Of a DNA stretch of 64,000 nt, positions 48,512 through 58,850 are shown piece by piece. The first letter of the stretch is position 1; every line of letters starts with the position of its first letter. The notes below the pieces were generated by a model. That model searched no databases. It had not been told where the DNA came from and saw nothing but the letters and a program-made list of their open reading frames with translations. The position numbers and the translations under genes were made by a program. Origin of the DNA: an uncultured delta proteobacterium (GTDB lineage Bacteria; Desulfobacterota; Binatia; Binatales; Binataceae); NCBI GenBank assembly GCA_963711565.1, contig CAVQEQ010000003.1, positions 576,001 through 640,000 on the forward strand, written 5' to 3'.

Positions 48512-48767
48512 TCCTAACCTCTCCTTGTCCCAGGAGAGGTCGGCGTAAGCCGCTTGAAAAGCGGCGTCGCCGGGTGAGGTGCAACGCAAGACACCGCACC
48601 AGCACCGACTCGTTTAACCACGATTGACAGACACTAAAAGCCCCCAGCAGCACCTTCTGGCGTGCTGCAAAAGGTCAGCGCGCTCACCGCGACGGCCAGC
48701 GTTGCACCTCACCCGTCGCTCACCTTCGGCTCGCGCCGACCTCCCCTCGGACAAGGGGAGGTTAGGA
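48512..48767. repeat. Inverted REP doublet (REPIN/MITE-like element)
   Basis: 34-bp outer inverted repeats (3 mismatches) and 17-bp perfect inner inverted repeats CGGGTGAGGTGCAACGC. Confidence 0.75.
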
Positions 48768-48865
48768 TCGGGCAGACCTGCAGGTTTCAAATCTAATCAG
48801 GTTCTCACCAGTTTGGACTCGCGCCAATGCTGGCGTTCTGATGACATAGTACCCCGGAGGCGCCA

Positions 48866-50062
48866 ATGGCTCAGGCAGATTTCTACTTCAACCCGTTCGA
48901 TCCTGAGTTCCGCGCGAATCCCTATCCGCATTTTCCCGCGCTGCTCGACGGTCCGCCGCGACAGCTCAAGCTGTTCATGCCAACGACGCTCATCGCCCGC
49001 TATGACGACGTCATTACCGTTCTGCATGACCACGAGCGCTTCACCGTTCGGCGGCCCGAAATTCCGTATCGCGAGCGGATCGATCCGTTTGGCGGCGCGC
49101 CGACGATTCTCACCGCGGACCCGCCGGTGCATTCACGTCTGCGAAGGCTGGTCAGCAAGGCATTCACGCCGCGGCGTGTGCGCGAACTCGAGCCGCGAGT
49201 GCGCGAGATAACGATCGACCTGCTGCGCGGCGCGGCCGACTCGGCCGAAGTGGAAGCGATGACGATGCTGGCGAATCCGCTGCCGGTGATTGTTATCGCG
49301 GAATTGTTGGGCGTCTCGGCCAGCGATCACGCGCAGTTCAAGCAATGGTCCAACGATATGATCAGCTCATTCGGCCAGGATATGGCGACCGGCCCGTCTC
49401 CCGCGGGCCTGGCGGCGAAAGATAATCTGCGCCGCTACCTGGCCGAGGCGATTAAGCAGCGCAGCGCGAATCCCGCCGACGATCTGATAAGCGCCCTGGT
49501 CACTGCGCGCGACGAGTCCGACGCGCTCAGCGAAAATGAGTTGCTCGCATTCGTCGTATTGCTGCTACTCGCTGGAAATGAAACGACTACCAATCTGATA
49601 GGCAACGGTCTGCTGGCGCTGTGCCGCAATCCCGAGCAGCAGCAACGACTTCGCGAGAACCACGAATTGATCCCGAACGCGATCGAGGAGATGCTGCGTT
49701 ACGATCCGCCGGTGCAGATGACAGTGCGGATGCCGACGGCGCCGACCAGCGTCGGCGGCACCGAGATTCCCGCCGGCAGCCTCGCTTTCATCCTGCTGGC
49801 GGCGGCGAATCGCGACCCCGCGCATTTCCCGAATCCGGAAAGCTTCGACGTCGCGCGCGATCCCAACGAGCACGTTTCATTTGGCGAAGGAATTCATTTC
49901 TGCCTCGGCGCGCCGCTGGCGCGGCTTGAAGGCGCAATCGCGATCGAATCGATGCTTGAGAAATTCCCGCGCCTGCAACTGGCGAACCCGCAGGACAAAC
50001 TGGAGTATCGCGGCTCGATGGCGCTGCGAGGCCTGAGCGAACTTCGCCTGTCGGGCCGCTAG
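48866..50062 (+). CDS. Cytochrome P450
   Basis: AGNETT I-helix, EEMLR (ExxR), FGEGIHFCLG heme motif. Confidence 0.97.
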   Translation: MAQADFYFNPFDPEFRANPYPHFPALLDGPPRQLKLFMPTTLIARYDDVITVLHDHERFTVRRPEIPYRERIDPFGGAPTILTADPPVHSRLRRLVSKAFTPRRVRELEPRVREITIDLLRGAADSAEVEAMTMLANPLPVIVIAELLGVSASDHAQFKQWSNDMISSFGQDMATGPSPAGLAAKDNLRRYLAEAIKQRSANPADDLISALVTARDESDALSENELLAFVVLLLLAGNETTTNLIGNGLLALCRNPEQQQRLRENHELIPNAIEEMLRYDPPVQMTVRMPTAPTSVGGTEIPAGSLAFILLAAANRDPAHFPNPESFDVARDPNEHVSFGEGIHFCLGAPLARLEGAIAIESMLEKFPRLQLANPQDKLEYRGSMALRGLSELRLSGR

Positions 50063-50120
50063 TCCGTGACCTTCTGACGCCGCTGCGATTTCGCTCATAT
50101 GTGCCTTTCATCCGTCGGCG

Positions 50121-51854
50121 ATGGCTGTTAGTAAAGCCCTGATGTCGAAGCCACGCCGGATTCAATTTTTCGCCGCCTATTCGCGCCCGACGGCCGTCGC
50201 GCTCGCATTCGCAGTCACATTGTTCCTCGCGACGCGTTCCGATGCGGACGCCGTGGCGCCCGACACTTCCGCGGCAGGTGTCCACGGGATGGTGGTGTCG
50301 GAAAGCGAGGATGCCGCGCGCGCCGGTGCCGAGATCCTCAAGCGCGGCGGCAACGCGATCGACGCGGCGCTGGCTACGGAGTTGGCGGTGGGCGTTACCA
50401 ATCCTGCGGCGTGCGGAATCGGCGGCGGCGGCTTCATGCTGATCTACATCGCGAAGACACATGCCTTCTACGCGCTCGACTATCGCGAGACCGCGCCGCT
50501 CCAGGCCCGTCCCGACATGTACATGCAGGCTGGCAAGCCGAACGAGGATTTGGCGCGCGACGGAGTTCTTGGGGTGGCAGTGCCGGGCGAGATCGCGGGC
50601 ATCGACGCGGCGCTCAGGCGCTTCGGCACGATGAAGTTTCAGCAGATCGCGGCGCAGGCCGAGAAATTAGCCGGCGACGGTTACCTCGCGAGTCCGCATC
50701 TGGCCGGCGAAATCGCACAGCTCGCGCCGAAACTCAAAAACGATCCCGGACTCAGCCAGGTATTTCTTAAACCCGACGGCTCGACGCCAAAGGCCGGCAA
50801 CTTGATCGTCGCAAAGAATCTCGCCGCGACGCTGAAGAGTCTGGGCGACGATCCGGTCACGAGTTTCTATCACGGCGAAGTCGCAGCCGCGCTCGTCGCG
50901 TTCATGAAGGCGCACGGCGGACTCATCAGCAGCATCGACCTCGCCAACTATCGTCCCGACTGGCGCGATCCGATTAGCCACCGCTACGAGGACTACGAAG
51001 TCTATGCGATGCCGCCGCCGTCGTCGGGCGGCGTGGTGCTCGAGATGCTCGGCGCGCTCGACTCGGGGCATCTCGCCGGACTCGGGGTCAACTCGCCGCC
51101 GTACCTCGCGCGCCTGATCGAAGTGATGCGCCAGGGTTTTATCGATCGCGAGCAATACGCCGATCCGGCGTTCGTCGGCGTGCAAATTCAGAAGCTCTTG
51201 ACGGACGAGAATATCCAGCAACTGCGCGAGCGCGCGCTGCATCCGAAGTCGGCGCCGTCGCCGGCGGCCGCGGCGCACGATCATGGCACTACGAATCTGC
51301 TGGTCGCGGACAAGGACGGCGATGTCGTCGCGATCACTACCACTATCAACACCGTGTTCGGCGCCAAGCTGAGCGTGCCCGCACTCGGCATCATCCTGAA
51401 CGACGAGATGGACGATTTCGCCGTCGCGCCGGGAGTACCGAATGCGTACCACCTCGAAGGCGAGCGCGCCAACGAAGTACGGGGCGGCAAGCGCCCGCTG
51501 TCGTCGATGACGCCGATAATCGTGACGAAGAACGGCGCGCCGGTGATGACGGCTGGCGGCTCCGGCGGCCCGACGATCATCAGCGGAGTGTTGCAGGTCG
51601 CGCTCAACATTCTCGCGTTCCATCTCGACGCAACCAGCGCCGTCGCAGAGCCGCGAATTCACGAGCAGGCCGCCCCGGACGTCGTGATCGTCGAAGAGGC
51701 GATGCCCGCGGCGACGCGCAGCGCGCTCGAGCAGATGGGCTACAAGCTCAAGGTCGTGCCGAATCTCGGCGCCGTCGGCGCGATCACGATTGCGCCGGGG
51801 AATTTCCGCGGCGCGGCCGATCCGCGCAAAGGCGGCGGCGCCGTCGGCTATTAG
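50121..51854 (+). CDS. ggt: Gamma-glutamyltransferase
   Basis: GGNAIDAA, DYRE.AP, HGTT catalytic Thr, NDEMDDF, PLSSMTP, GSGG. Confidence 0.93.
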   Translation: MAVSKALMSKPRRIQFFAAYSRPTAVALAFAVTLFLATRSDADAVAPDTSAAGVHGMVVSESEDAARAGAEILKRGGNAIDAALATELAVGVTNPAACGIGGGGFMLIYIAKTHAFYALDYRETAPLQARPDMYMQAGKPNEDLARDGVLGVAVPGEIAGIDAALRRFGTMKFQQIAAQAEKLAGDGYLASPHLAGEIAQLAPKLKNDPGLSQVFLKPDGSTPKAGNLIVAKNLAATLKSLGDDPVTSFYHGEVAAALVAFMKAHGGLISSIDLANYRPDWRDPISHRYEDYEVYAMPPPSSGGVVLEMLGALDSGHLAGLGVNSPPYLARLIEVMRQGFIDREQYADPAFVGVQIQKLLTDENIQQLRERALHPKSAPSPAAAAHDHGTTNLLVADKDGDVVAITTTINTVFGAKLSVPALGIILNDEMDDFAVAPGVPNAYHLEGERANEVRGGKRPLSSMTPIIVTKNGAPVMTAGGSGGPTIISGVLQVALNILAFHLDATSAVAEPRIHEQAAPDVVIVEEAMPAATRSALEQMGYKLKVVPNLGAVGAITIAPGNFRGAADPRKGGGAVGY

Positions 51855-51885
51855 CGATCGCACCGGCACGTTAGACTCAACTCTC

Positions 51886-53619
51886 GTGTCCGGGACCGCT
51901 CGCAACGAAATCGCTTCGCCGGCCTTCGCCGCGCCGCCGGCCGCAACCCCGCTTGCGTACGATGTCGCAGCGATCGTGGCGTTGTCGCTCGCAGTCTGCA
52001 TGTTTCATCTCGGATCATTCGGTCTGTGGGAGCCGGACGAGGCGCGCTACGCAGAGATTGCGCGCGAGATGCTGCAGAGCGGCAACATTCTCGTGCCGCA
52101 TCTCAACTACGTCGCCTACGTCGAGAAACCGCCGCTGCTCTACTGGCTGACCACGCTCTCCTTCTGGATATTCGGGGTCTCGGAATTTGCGGCGCGGCTG
52201 CCGGTCGCGCTGTCCGCAATCGCCGGGATACTCGCGACGTACTTGTTCGCGCTGCGCGCGTTCGGCCGCCGTCACGCGATACTCGCGGCCGCGATCCTCG
52301 CGACGACGCCGCTGTATGCGTTGATGGCGCAAGTGCTCACCACCGACATGACGCTCACCGCCCTCGTAACGATCGCGACCTTCGCGCTCTACTTGCATTG
52401 GCAGGAAGGTGGGCGCTGGTGCTGGATCGCATACGTGGCGATGGGGTTGGCGGTGATGACCAAAGGGCCGGTCGGTGCGGCGTTGCCGATTCTGTCGATG
52501 CTGATTTGGCTGGCGCTGAAGCGTGAACTGCGCGGCGCGGTCGCAAAATTCCGCACGATACCGGGCCTCCTGCTTACGACTCTGATTGCGGCGCCGTGGT
52601 TTGTGATGATGACGATGCGCGAACCGGGCTTCGCCGACTTCTACTTTATCGGCGAGCACATTCGACGCGCGTTCGAGACCGAGTACAGCCACAGCGAAGC
52701 GTTCTACTTTTATCTCCCGGTGCTCGCGATCGGTCTGCTGCCATGGACGTTGCTGGTGCCGCTCCTCACCTGGCGCGAAGCCGCGCGCAAGCCGGCGCGA
52801 AGTTTCTGCCTCGTCGCCGCGGGCGTGACGGTAATCGCATTCTCGTGCGCGAGCGCGAAGCTGATCCCGTATATCCTGCCCGCGGTCCCGCCGCTGGCTG
52901 TGCTGATCGCCGACGGGCTCGTGGCATGCGCGTGGCCGTCCGCAGAATCCCGTGCCGCGCGGCGACCGCCGGATTCCCGGATACTGGTCGAGAGCGGGCC
53001 GATGCTGGCGCTGTTGGGCATCGGCGTGATCGTCGCGGCGATAGCGGCGCCGCAATTTCGCACTCCGTACGTGATGGCGGCGCGGCCCGCGCTGTATGCG
53101 ATCGGCGCGATCCTGCTGGCGGGCGGCGTGGTCACGACGTTGATGTTCGTCGCGCGGCGCACCGCTGCGGGACTTGGGGCGATCGTAGTGACGCTCGCGC
53201 TCGCGTTGATTGCGGGCGGGTGGGCGCGACTCGAGACCGAGCCGATGCGTTCGTATGCAGCGCTCAGCCGCGCGATCGCCGAGAAGGCCCCCGACGCCGA
53301 TATCATCTGTTACCATCGCTACGTTCAGTCGCTACCGTTTTACAATCGCAAGCGCGTCGTGCTGCTCGGCGGCCGTACTGAACTCGATTTCGGATCGCAT
53401 CTCGATCCGGACGCGCGCGAATGGTTCATGAACAACGACGATCAGATGTTTCGGCGATGGGAGCAGCCGGGACCCGTCGTGATCGTGCTCGACGCCATAG
53501 ATCTCGCGCGAATGAGGGAGCGCTTCGGCGAGTTCGACGTGATCGCAGTCGAAGGAAAGAAGCGCGCAATTATCCGACGTGAACGAATCTCGCGCCGTGA
53601 GCCAATCACCCTCAACTGA
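51886..53619 (+). CDS. ArnT-like (GT-C) glycosyltransferase
   Basis: WEPDEARYAEIAREM, EKPPLLYW, MTKGPVG, KLIPYILP; start uncertain. Confidence 0.9.
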   Translation: MSGTARNEIASPAFAAPPAATPLAYDVAAIVALSLAVCMFHLGSFGLWEPDEARYAEIAREMLQSGNILVPHLNYVAYVEKPPLLYWLTTLSFWIFGVSEFAARLPVALSAIAGILATYLFALRAFGRRHAILAAAILATTPLYALMAQVLTTDMTLTALVTIATFALYLHWQEGGRWCWIAYVAMGLAVMTKGPVGAALPILSMLIWLALKRELRGAVAKFRTIPGLLLTTLIAAPWFVMMTMREPGFADFYFIGEHIRRAFETEYSHSEAFYFYLPVLAIGLLPWTLLVPLLTWREAARKPARSFCLVAAGVTVIAFSCASAKLIPYILPAVPPLAVLIADGLVACAWPSAESRAARRPPDSRILVESGPMLALLGIGVIVAAIAAPQFRTPYVMAARPALYAIGAILLAGGVVTTLMFVARRTAAGLGAIVVTLALALIAGGWARLETEPMRSYAALSRAIAEKAPDADIICYHRYVQSLPFYNRKRVVLLGGRTELDFGSHLDPDAREWFMNNDDQMFRRWEQPGPVVIVLDAIDLARMRERFGEFDVIAVEGKKRAIIRRERISRREPITLN

Positions 53620-54550
53620 ACAGGGCGCACCGGCGCATCCGTATCGCGCGTTTGCGATGCGCGCGGGATTGGGAGTGACGGTGATCGCCATCCTGTTGTG
53701 GCGTTACGATGCGCGGCCGATTTTTCGAATCCTCGGCCGCGAGCGTGCCGCCTATTTTGGCGCGGTCGTAGTGCTTTACGTCGCGGGGCAGGCGATGTGC
53801 GCGTATCGATGGCAACTGCTCGCCGCGCTGCTGAAAGTGCACGGGCGATATAGTGAGTTCCTCGCGTACACCTTCGTCGGGATGTTCACGAACCTGTTCG
53901 TGCCGGGATTGATCGGCGGCGATACGGCGCGATCGATCTATCTCGGACGACGCTACGGCAGAATGGGCGAGGCAATCGCGTCGGTGGTTGCCGATCGCGG
54001 CGTGGGATTGATCGGCTTGTTCTGGCTGGCGGCCTTTGCCGCGGTATTTCTAAATTTCGCGCCGATTCCATCGTCGGTCATCACGCCGACAATCGCGGTC
54101 GGTGCGATTACGTTCGCCGGATTTCTTGCGGCGCCGCTCGTCGCGCGGCTGATACATCTGATGCCGCGGCCTATCCGCCGCGCGGGCGGAATCGTCACGC
54201 CGTATCTGCATCATCCTGCGACGCTGATCCCGGCAATCGCGCTGTCGATCATGCTGCAGCTCATGTTGGCCGCGGGCCAGTACCTGCTAGCGGTGGGTCT
54301 AGGACTAACAGTACCGCTCTCGCTGTTTATTCTTTGCGTTCCTATCGCGAACGTGTTTGCTAGTCTGCCGGTGACGTTGAATGGCTTAGGAATTCGCGAA
54401 TCGGCCTACCTGGTGCTGTTCGGGATGGCGGGAATGCGAAAGGAGGACGCGATTGCACTGGGACTGTTGTGGTTTACGGCCACAATGTTGGGTGGGCTGA
54501 CGGGTGCGATCGCGTTCGTGACTACTCCCGCACCGATGTTGGAAGGGTAA
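53579..54550 (+). CDS. Lysylphosphatidylglycerol synthase TM-domain (flippase-like) protein
   Basis: RWQLL, PGLIGGD, DR, LPVTLNGLGIRE. Confidence 0.85.
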   Translation: MNESRAVSQSPSTEQGAPAHPYRAFAMRAGLGVTVIAILLWRYDARPIFRILGRERAAYFGAVVVLYVAGQAMCAYRWQLLAALLKVHGRYSEFLAYTFVGMFTNLFVPGLIGGDTARSIYLGRRYGRMGEAIASVVADRGVGLIGLFWLAAFAAVFLNFAPIPSSVITPTIAVGAITFAGFLAAPLVARLIHLMPRPIRRAGGIVTPYLHHPATLIPAIALSIMLQLMLAAGQYLLAVGLGLTVPLSLFILCVPIANVFASLPVTLNGLGIRESAYLVLFGMAGMRKEDAIALGLLWFTATMLGGLTGAIAFVTTPAPMLEG

Positions 54551-54560
54551 TCCGGCTTCT

Positions 54561-55559
54561 CTAATGCGTGGGAATTGGCGATAGGACTAAGTGGCCGGTA
54601 GCTAAGTCGTGTTCGACTTTGCGGGCGCGTTCAAGGGCGGATGCGGGGATGCGCGACTCCAGTTTGGGGTTGAAGACTACGCTAACCATCCCGTCCTGCA
54701 TTCCAAATTCCAGCATCCCGGTGTGAAAGGTTTTGTTTTTGACTTCGGTTGCTATTTTCAGGAAGGCTAGCGGCGTCGAGGTCACGGCGCTCGCCAGGAC
54801 AACGTCGGGGGCGACGGTGTTCTGGTTCGTGAATACGCCGAAGGCGTAGGCGTGGCCTTGCTCGGCGGCCAGGAAGACGCCGAGGCCGGCGGCGTCGGCA
54901 TTGTGGATGAGCACGTCGGCGCCTTGGCCGATCTGAGCCAGCGCGGCCTCCTTGGCCGCGCCGACATCGTCGAAATTGCCTGTATAGCTGATGAGAATGC
55001 GGCCTTTAGGATTCTCCGCGAGAAAGCCTCGCTTGAAGCCCTCGAAGAACAATTTGATCGAAGGTAGTTCTATTCCACCCACAGCGCCTACTACTCCTGT
55101 CTTCGAGACGCGTGCGGCGAGCACGCCTTCTACATAGGTCGCTTGATCGACATTGAAGGTGATAGACGCGACATTTGCGGACGACTCACTACCCGAGCTG
55201 ACGACGAAGTAGGTGTTGGGGAAACTGCGCGCGACTTCGAGCGCCGAATCGGTGTACTCGAAGCCGTGAGCAAAGATCAGATCGAAGCCGCGCGACGCGA
55301 AGTCGCGAAAGGCGTCGTCGAAGTCGGCGGGCGACTTGGTCTGCACCAAAGCGGTGTCGGCGCCGAGCCTGTCCTTGATAAGTTCGAGGCCTTCATAAGC
55401 GGCCGCGTTCCAGCCGGCGTCGCTTACAGGTCCGGGGGTGAGGAGCGCGACCTTGAAGGCATTGGATGCGGGCTTAGCCTCAGTCGAAGGATTGGACGTG
55501 CATGCTGCCAGGACACATACCTGTAGAAGGATGAAAGCTATGCTCAACAATTTCCGCAC
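54561..55559 (-). CDS. BMP-family ABC substrate-binding lipoprotein
   Basis: LAAC lipobox, GPVSDAGWN, AHGFEY, GADV. Confidence 0.9.
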   Translation of the reverse strand: MRKLLSIAFILLQVCVLAACTSNPSTEAKPASNAFKVALLTPGPVSDAGWNAAAYEGLELIKDRLGADTALVQTKSPADFDDAFRDFASRGFDLIFAHGFEYTDSALEVARSFPNTYFVVSSGSESSANVASITFNVDQATYVEGVLAARVSKTGVVGAVGGIELPSIKLFFEGFKRGFLAENPKGRILISYTGNFDDVGAAKEAALAQIGQGADVLIHNADAAGLGVFLAAEQGHAYAFGVFTNQNTVAPDVVLASAVTSTPLAFLKIATEVKNKTFHTGMLEFGMQDGMVSVVFNPKLESRIPASALERARKVEHDLATGHLVLSPIPTH

Positions 55560-55566
55560 TGGATAA

Positions 55567-56214
55567 CTATCCGAGATAAATCGTGCGATCCAGGACGCCG
55601 GCCTTATGAAAGGCCTGCTGGCGCTCGCAGCATTTGTTGCATTGCCCGCAGTGCTGACCGCCCTTCGGAGCCATGCAGGTCAGGGTCAACTCGAGTGGTA
55701 AGTCTTTGAACTCCTTGATTAGGTCCTCCTTGTGGAATCCACTAAGGGGCGCCTCGATGAGCACGTCGTGCCTTAGTCCCATGCTGAGGGCGCGGGCGAA
55801 GCTCGCAAAGAACTCGGGGGTGGCATCGGGAAAGGGATTGCTCCCCAGCGAGCCGATCGCGATGCGTGAAACGCCGTGCGTGCTGCCCCAGATAGCGGCC
55901 AGCGAAATGAGTAGAATGTTGCGGCCCGGCAGGTAGGTGTTCTCGTCGGGCTCGTCGGCGGCGGGAACGCGCGCGCCGGACACGCTCCAGTGGTCGCCGT
56001 ACAAGACGGCAATGGGAGCGGAGAGGACGGTTGTCGGCATCACGTGACGACTGTTGAGCGCGTCGAGGAAGGATTGCAGAAATTGAAGCTCGATTTCTTC
56101 CCATGCGAAACCGCATCGCACGTAGATGGGATACACTTGGGCATCGGTCGCCGACTTTGCGATCAGGACTGAGCTGTCCAGGCCACCGCTGGCCAGTACT
56201 GATATTTTTTCCAC
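55567..56214 (-). CDS. queC: QueC-family 7-cyano-7-deazaguanine synthase
   Basis: SGGLDS PP-loop, YLPGRN, FPDA, C-x8-CGQCNKC zinc site; GTG start. Confidence 0.8.
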   Translation of the reverse strand: MEKISVLASGGLDSSVLIAKSATDAQVYPIYVRCGFAWEEIELQFLQSFLDALNSRHVMPTTVLSAPIAVLYGDHWSVSGARVPAADEPDENTYLPGRNILLISLAAIWGSTHGVSRIAIGSLGSNPFPDATPEFFASFARALSMGLRHDVLIEAPLSGFHKEDLIKEFKDLPLELTLTCMAPKGGQHCGQCNKCCERQQAFHKAGVLDRTIYLG

Positions 56215-56340
56215 GCTGACTGTTTCTCCGTTCGCGCAAGAACGTAGCACCATTGAAAGAGGTGGGGCCACTGGATGGTAGAGACTCGACGCGTTACCTT
56301 CAACTATCAACTGACGCGCACCGCGTGAGAGGGAAATGAG

Positions 56341-57102
56341 ATGGCATCGCAAGGCTCCGCCTGGTACGTGGATTTTTTTCGCAGCGACTACCTCAATGTG
56401 TACGGCCACATGTTCACCGAAGAGCGCGCCGAAAAAGAGAGTGCCTTCGTTGCGAGCGCGCTCGGCTTGAAGGCGGGCGCGTCGGTGCTCGATCTGTGCT
56501 GCGGCCAGGGGCGGCATTCGATCCAACTGGCGAAACGCGGATTACGCGTAACAAGTCTCGATCTGAATGCGGGGTACCTGGAACTCGCGAAGCAGGCGGC
56601 CGCGACGGCCAAGGTCGAGATTGAGACGGTTGCAGCCGACATGCGCGAGCTACCGTCCGAGGACAAGTTCGACGCAATCGTGAATATGTATTCGTCATTC
56701 GGATACCTGGAGTCCGAGGCCGAAGATTTGAAGGTGCTCGAATCGGCGGCCAAGGCTCTGAAAGCGGGCGGACAGCTGCTGCTCGACATGCTGAATCGCG
56801 AGTGGGCGATCGACAATTATATTCAGAACGACTGGCATACGGGCGCAGATGGCACTTTGTACGTCGAGCGGCGCGACCTCGATCTCGCGACGAGCCGGAT
56901 GCATGTGCATTTTATCGTCGTGGATTCCAAAGGCGGGCGTCGAGAGTCGATTGGGCATAACATCCGGCTCTACACATTGACGGAGATGACGCGGCTGCTG
57001 GAGCGCGTTGGTATCCGCGTGACGTTGGTGGTCGGAGGATTTGACAGCGAGGATTATGGGATTGTTACGCGGCGAATGATAATCGTTGGGCGGAAAATCT
57101 AA
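56341..57102 (+). CDS. Class I SAM-dependent methyltransferase
   Basis: VLDLCCGQGRH, ADMR, SSFGY, LKAGG. Confidence 0.92.
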   Translation: MASQGSAWYVDFFRSDYLNVYGHMFTEERAEKESAFVASALGLKAGASVLDLCCGQGRHSIQLAKRGLRVTSLDLNAGYLELAKQAAATAKVEIETVAADMRELPSEDKFDAIVNMYSSFGYLESEAEDLKVLESAAKALKAGGQLLLDMLNREWAIDNYIQNDWHTGADGTLYVERRDLDLATSRMHVHFIVVDSKGGRRESIGHNIRLYTLTEMTRLLERVGIRVTLVVGGFDSEDYGIVTRRMIIVGRKI

Positions 57103-57307
57103 CCGCAAAGCCATTCCCACGCGCGGGACGGGGAAGCCGGTCGCGGACGGAAAAGCCCCGAAAATGCGCGGTTTTGTGGTTCGAGCGAACAGAGATCGTG
57201 GGGAAGCGGGTATTAGTATCCGCGTTCTTGCCTTCGGTGGTCGCGGTTTGTATAGTCGCTGACTAACCAATCGGACAGGGCTGGGGTATGCTTGAAAAAT
57301 GGATGTA

Positions 57308-58750
57308 ATGAAGACGCTTTTCCTGAATCCGCCGTCGTACGATGACTTTGACGGGGGTGCTGGTTCACGCTACCAGGCGACGCGCGAAGTCTGGTCGTTC
57401 TGGTATCCAACGTGGCTGGCTTATCCGGCGGGTATGATCCCCGGCGCGCGCCTGCTCGACGCGCCTCCCCACAATTACACCGTCGAGATGACGATCAACG
57501 AGGCGAAGAACTACGACCTGGTCGTGATTCACACCTCGACACCGTCGATCCGAATGGACACGCGCACGGCGGAAGCGATCAAGGCGGCGAATCCGAACGC
57601 GATCGTCGCGATGGTCGGAGGGCATCCGACGGCGCGGCCGGAGGAGACGCTGAAATTGTCGGCGGCGATCGATATCGCCGCGCGCAAGGAGTTCGACTAC
57701 TCGATGCTCGAAGTGGCGGAGGGGCGCGACTGGAGTACGATCGGCGGAATCAGCTGGCAGAAGAACGGCACGCAGCATCACAACCCGGATCGTCCGGCGC
57801 TGACTGACGAAGAGCTCGACAAGCTGCCGTTCGTGACCGAGGTCTATGAAAAAAATCTCGACTATCTGAAGTACAACAGTCCGTACTGTCAGTATCCGTA
57901 CGTGTCGATGTACACCGGGCGCGGATGTCCGGCGCGATGCACGTTCTGCCTGTGGCCACAGGTCACGCAGGGACATCGCTATCGCGTGCGAAGCCCGGAG
58001 AACGTGTTCGAGGAAGTGGCGGCGATGCGCTCGAAGTTCCCAAAGATGAAGGAACTGTTCTTCGACGACGACACCTTCACGGCGGACCCGGCGCGCGCGC
58101 GCAAAATCGCGCAGTTGCTGAAGCCGCTGGGGATCACGTGGTCGACGAACTCGCGCGCCAACGTCGATTACGAAACGCTGAAGATCATGAAGGAAGGCGG
58201 GCTGAGGCTGTTCGTGGTCGGCTATGAGTCGGGCAACGCGCAGATTTTGAAGAACATCAAGAAGGGCGTCGGTCTCGATCGGGCGCGGCGCTTCACCAAG
58301 GATTGCCACGAGCTCGGCATCCTGATTCACGGAACTTTTATCCTGGGGCTGCCGGGCGAGAACAAGGAGACGATCGAGGAATCGATCCGGTTCGCGCGCG
58401 AGATGGACTGCGAGACCATCCAGGTGTCGCTCGCGTCGCCGTACCCGGGCACCGAGCTGTTCGATTACGTGACCAAGAACGGATTCCTGGCGGTCGATCC
58501 GCTGCTCGACGAATCCGGCTACCAGAAGTGCACGATCACTTATCCCGGACTGAGCAACGACGAGATTTACGGCGCGGTCGAGCGCTTCTATCGCAGCTTC
58601 TACTTCCGGCCGAAGTACATCTTCAAATCGGTGAAGAAGATGATGACGTCGATGGAAGAGACCAAGCGGATGCTGAACGAGGGACGGCAGTTTCTTTCGA
58701 CGATGCGCCAGCGACGGCATCAGACGGCACAGCAGCAGGCGTCGGTCTGA
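57308..58750 (+). CDS. hpnJ: Hopanoid biosynthesis-associated radical SAM protein
   Basis: MKTLFLNPPS.DDFDGGAGSRYQATRE..SFWYP N-terminus; CPARCTFC. Confidence 0.9.
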   Translation: MKTLFLNPPSYDDFDGGAGSRYQATREVWSFWYPTWLAYPAGMIPGARLLDAPPHNYTVEMTINEAKNYDLVVIHTSTPSIRMDTRTAEAIKAANPNAIVAMVGGHPTARPEETLKLSAAIDIAARKEFDYSMLEVAEGRDWSTIGGISWQKNGTQHHNPDRPALTDEELDKLPFVTEVYEKNLDYLKYNSPYCQYPYVSMYTGRGCPARCTFCLWPQVTQGHRYRVRSPENVFEEVAAMRSKFPKMKELFFDDDTFTADPARARKIAQLLKPLGITWSTNSRANVDYETLKIMKEGGLRLFVVGYESGNAQILKNIKKGVGLDRARRFTKDCHELGILIHGTFILGLPGENKETIEESIRFAREMDCETIQVSLASPYPGTELFDYVTKNGFLAVDPLLDESGYQKCTITYPGLSNDEIYGAVERFYRSFYFRPKYIFKSVKKMMTSMEETKRMLNEGRQFLSTMRQRRHQTAQQQASV

Positions 58751-58850
58751 CGCGATTCCGGGCGCGAGCAAGAGGCAGGCGCGAGGTCCGCGGCAGAGTG
58801 TCTGTGGCGGCATGCGTTGCGCCGGGTAGGATCGCGACGCGAATCATTCA

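Noticed and set aside
48624-49211. 195-aa ORF as a transposase of the repeat element
   Set aside because: It reads through the repeat and out of frame into the P450; no HUH or DDE motifs
55567-56214. QueC as part of a Qat, CBASS or Dpd defence system
   Set aside because: Short canonical-size QueC with no TatD, ATPase, cyclase or dpd genes nearby
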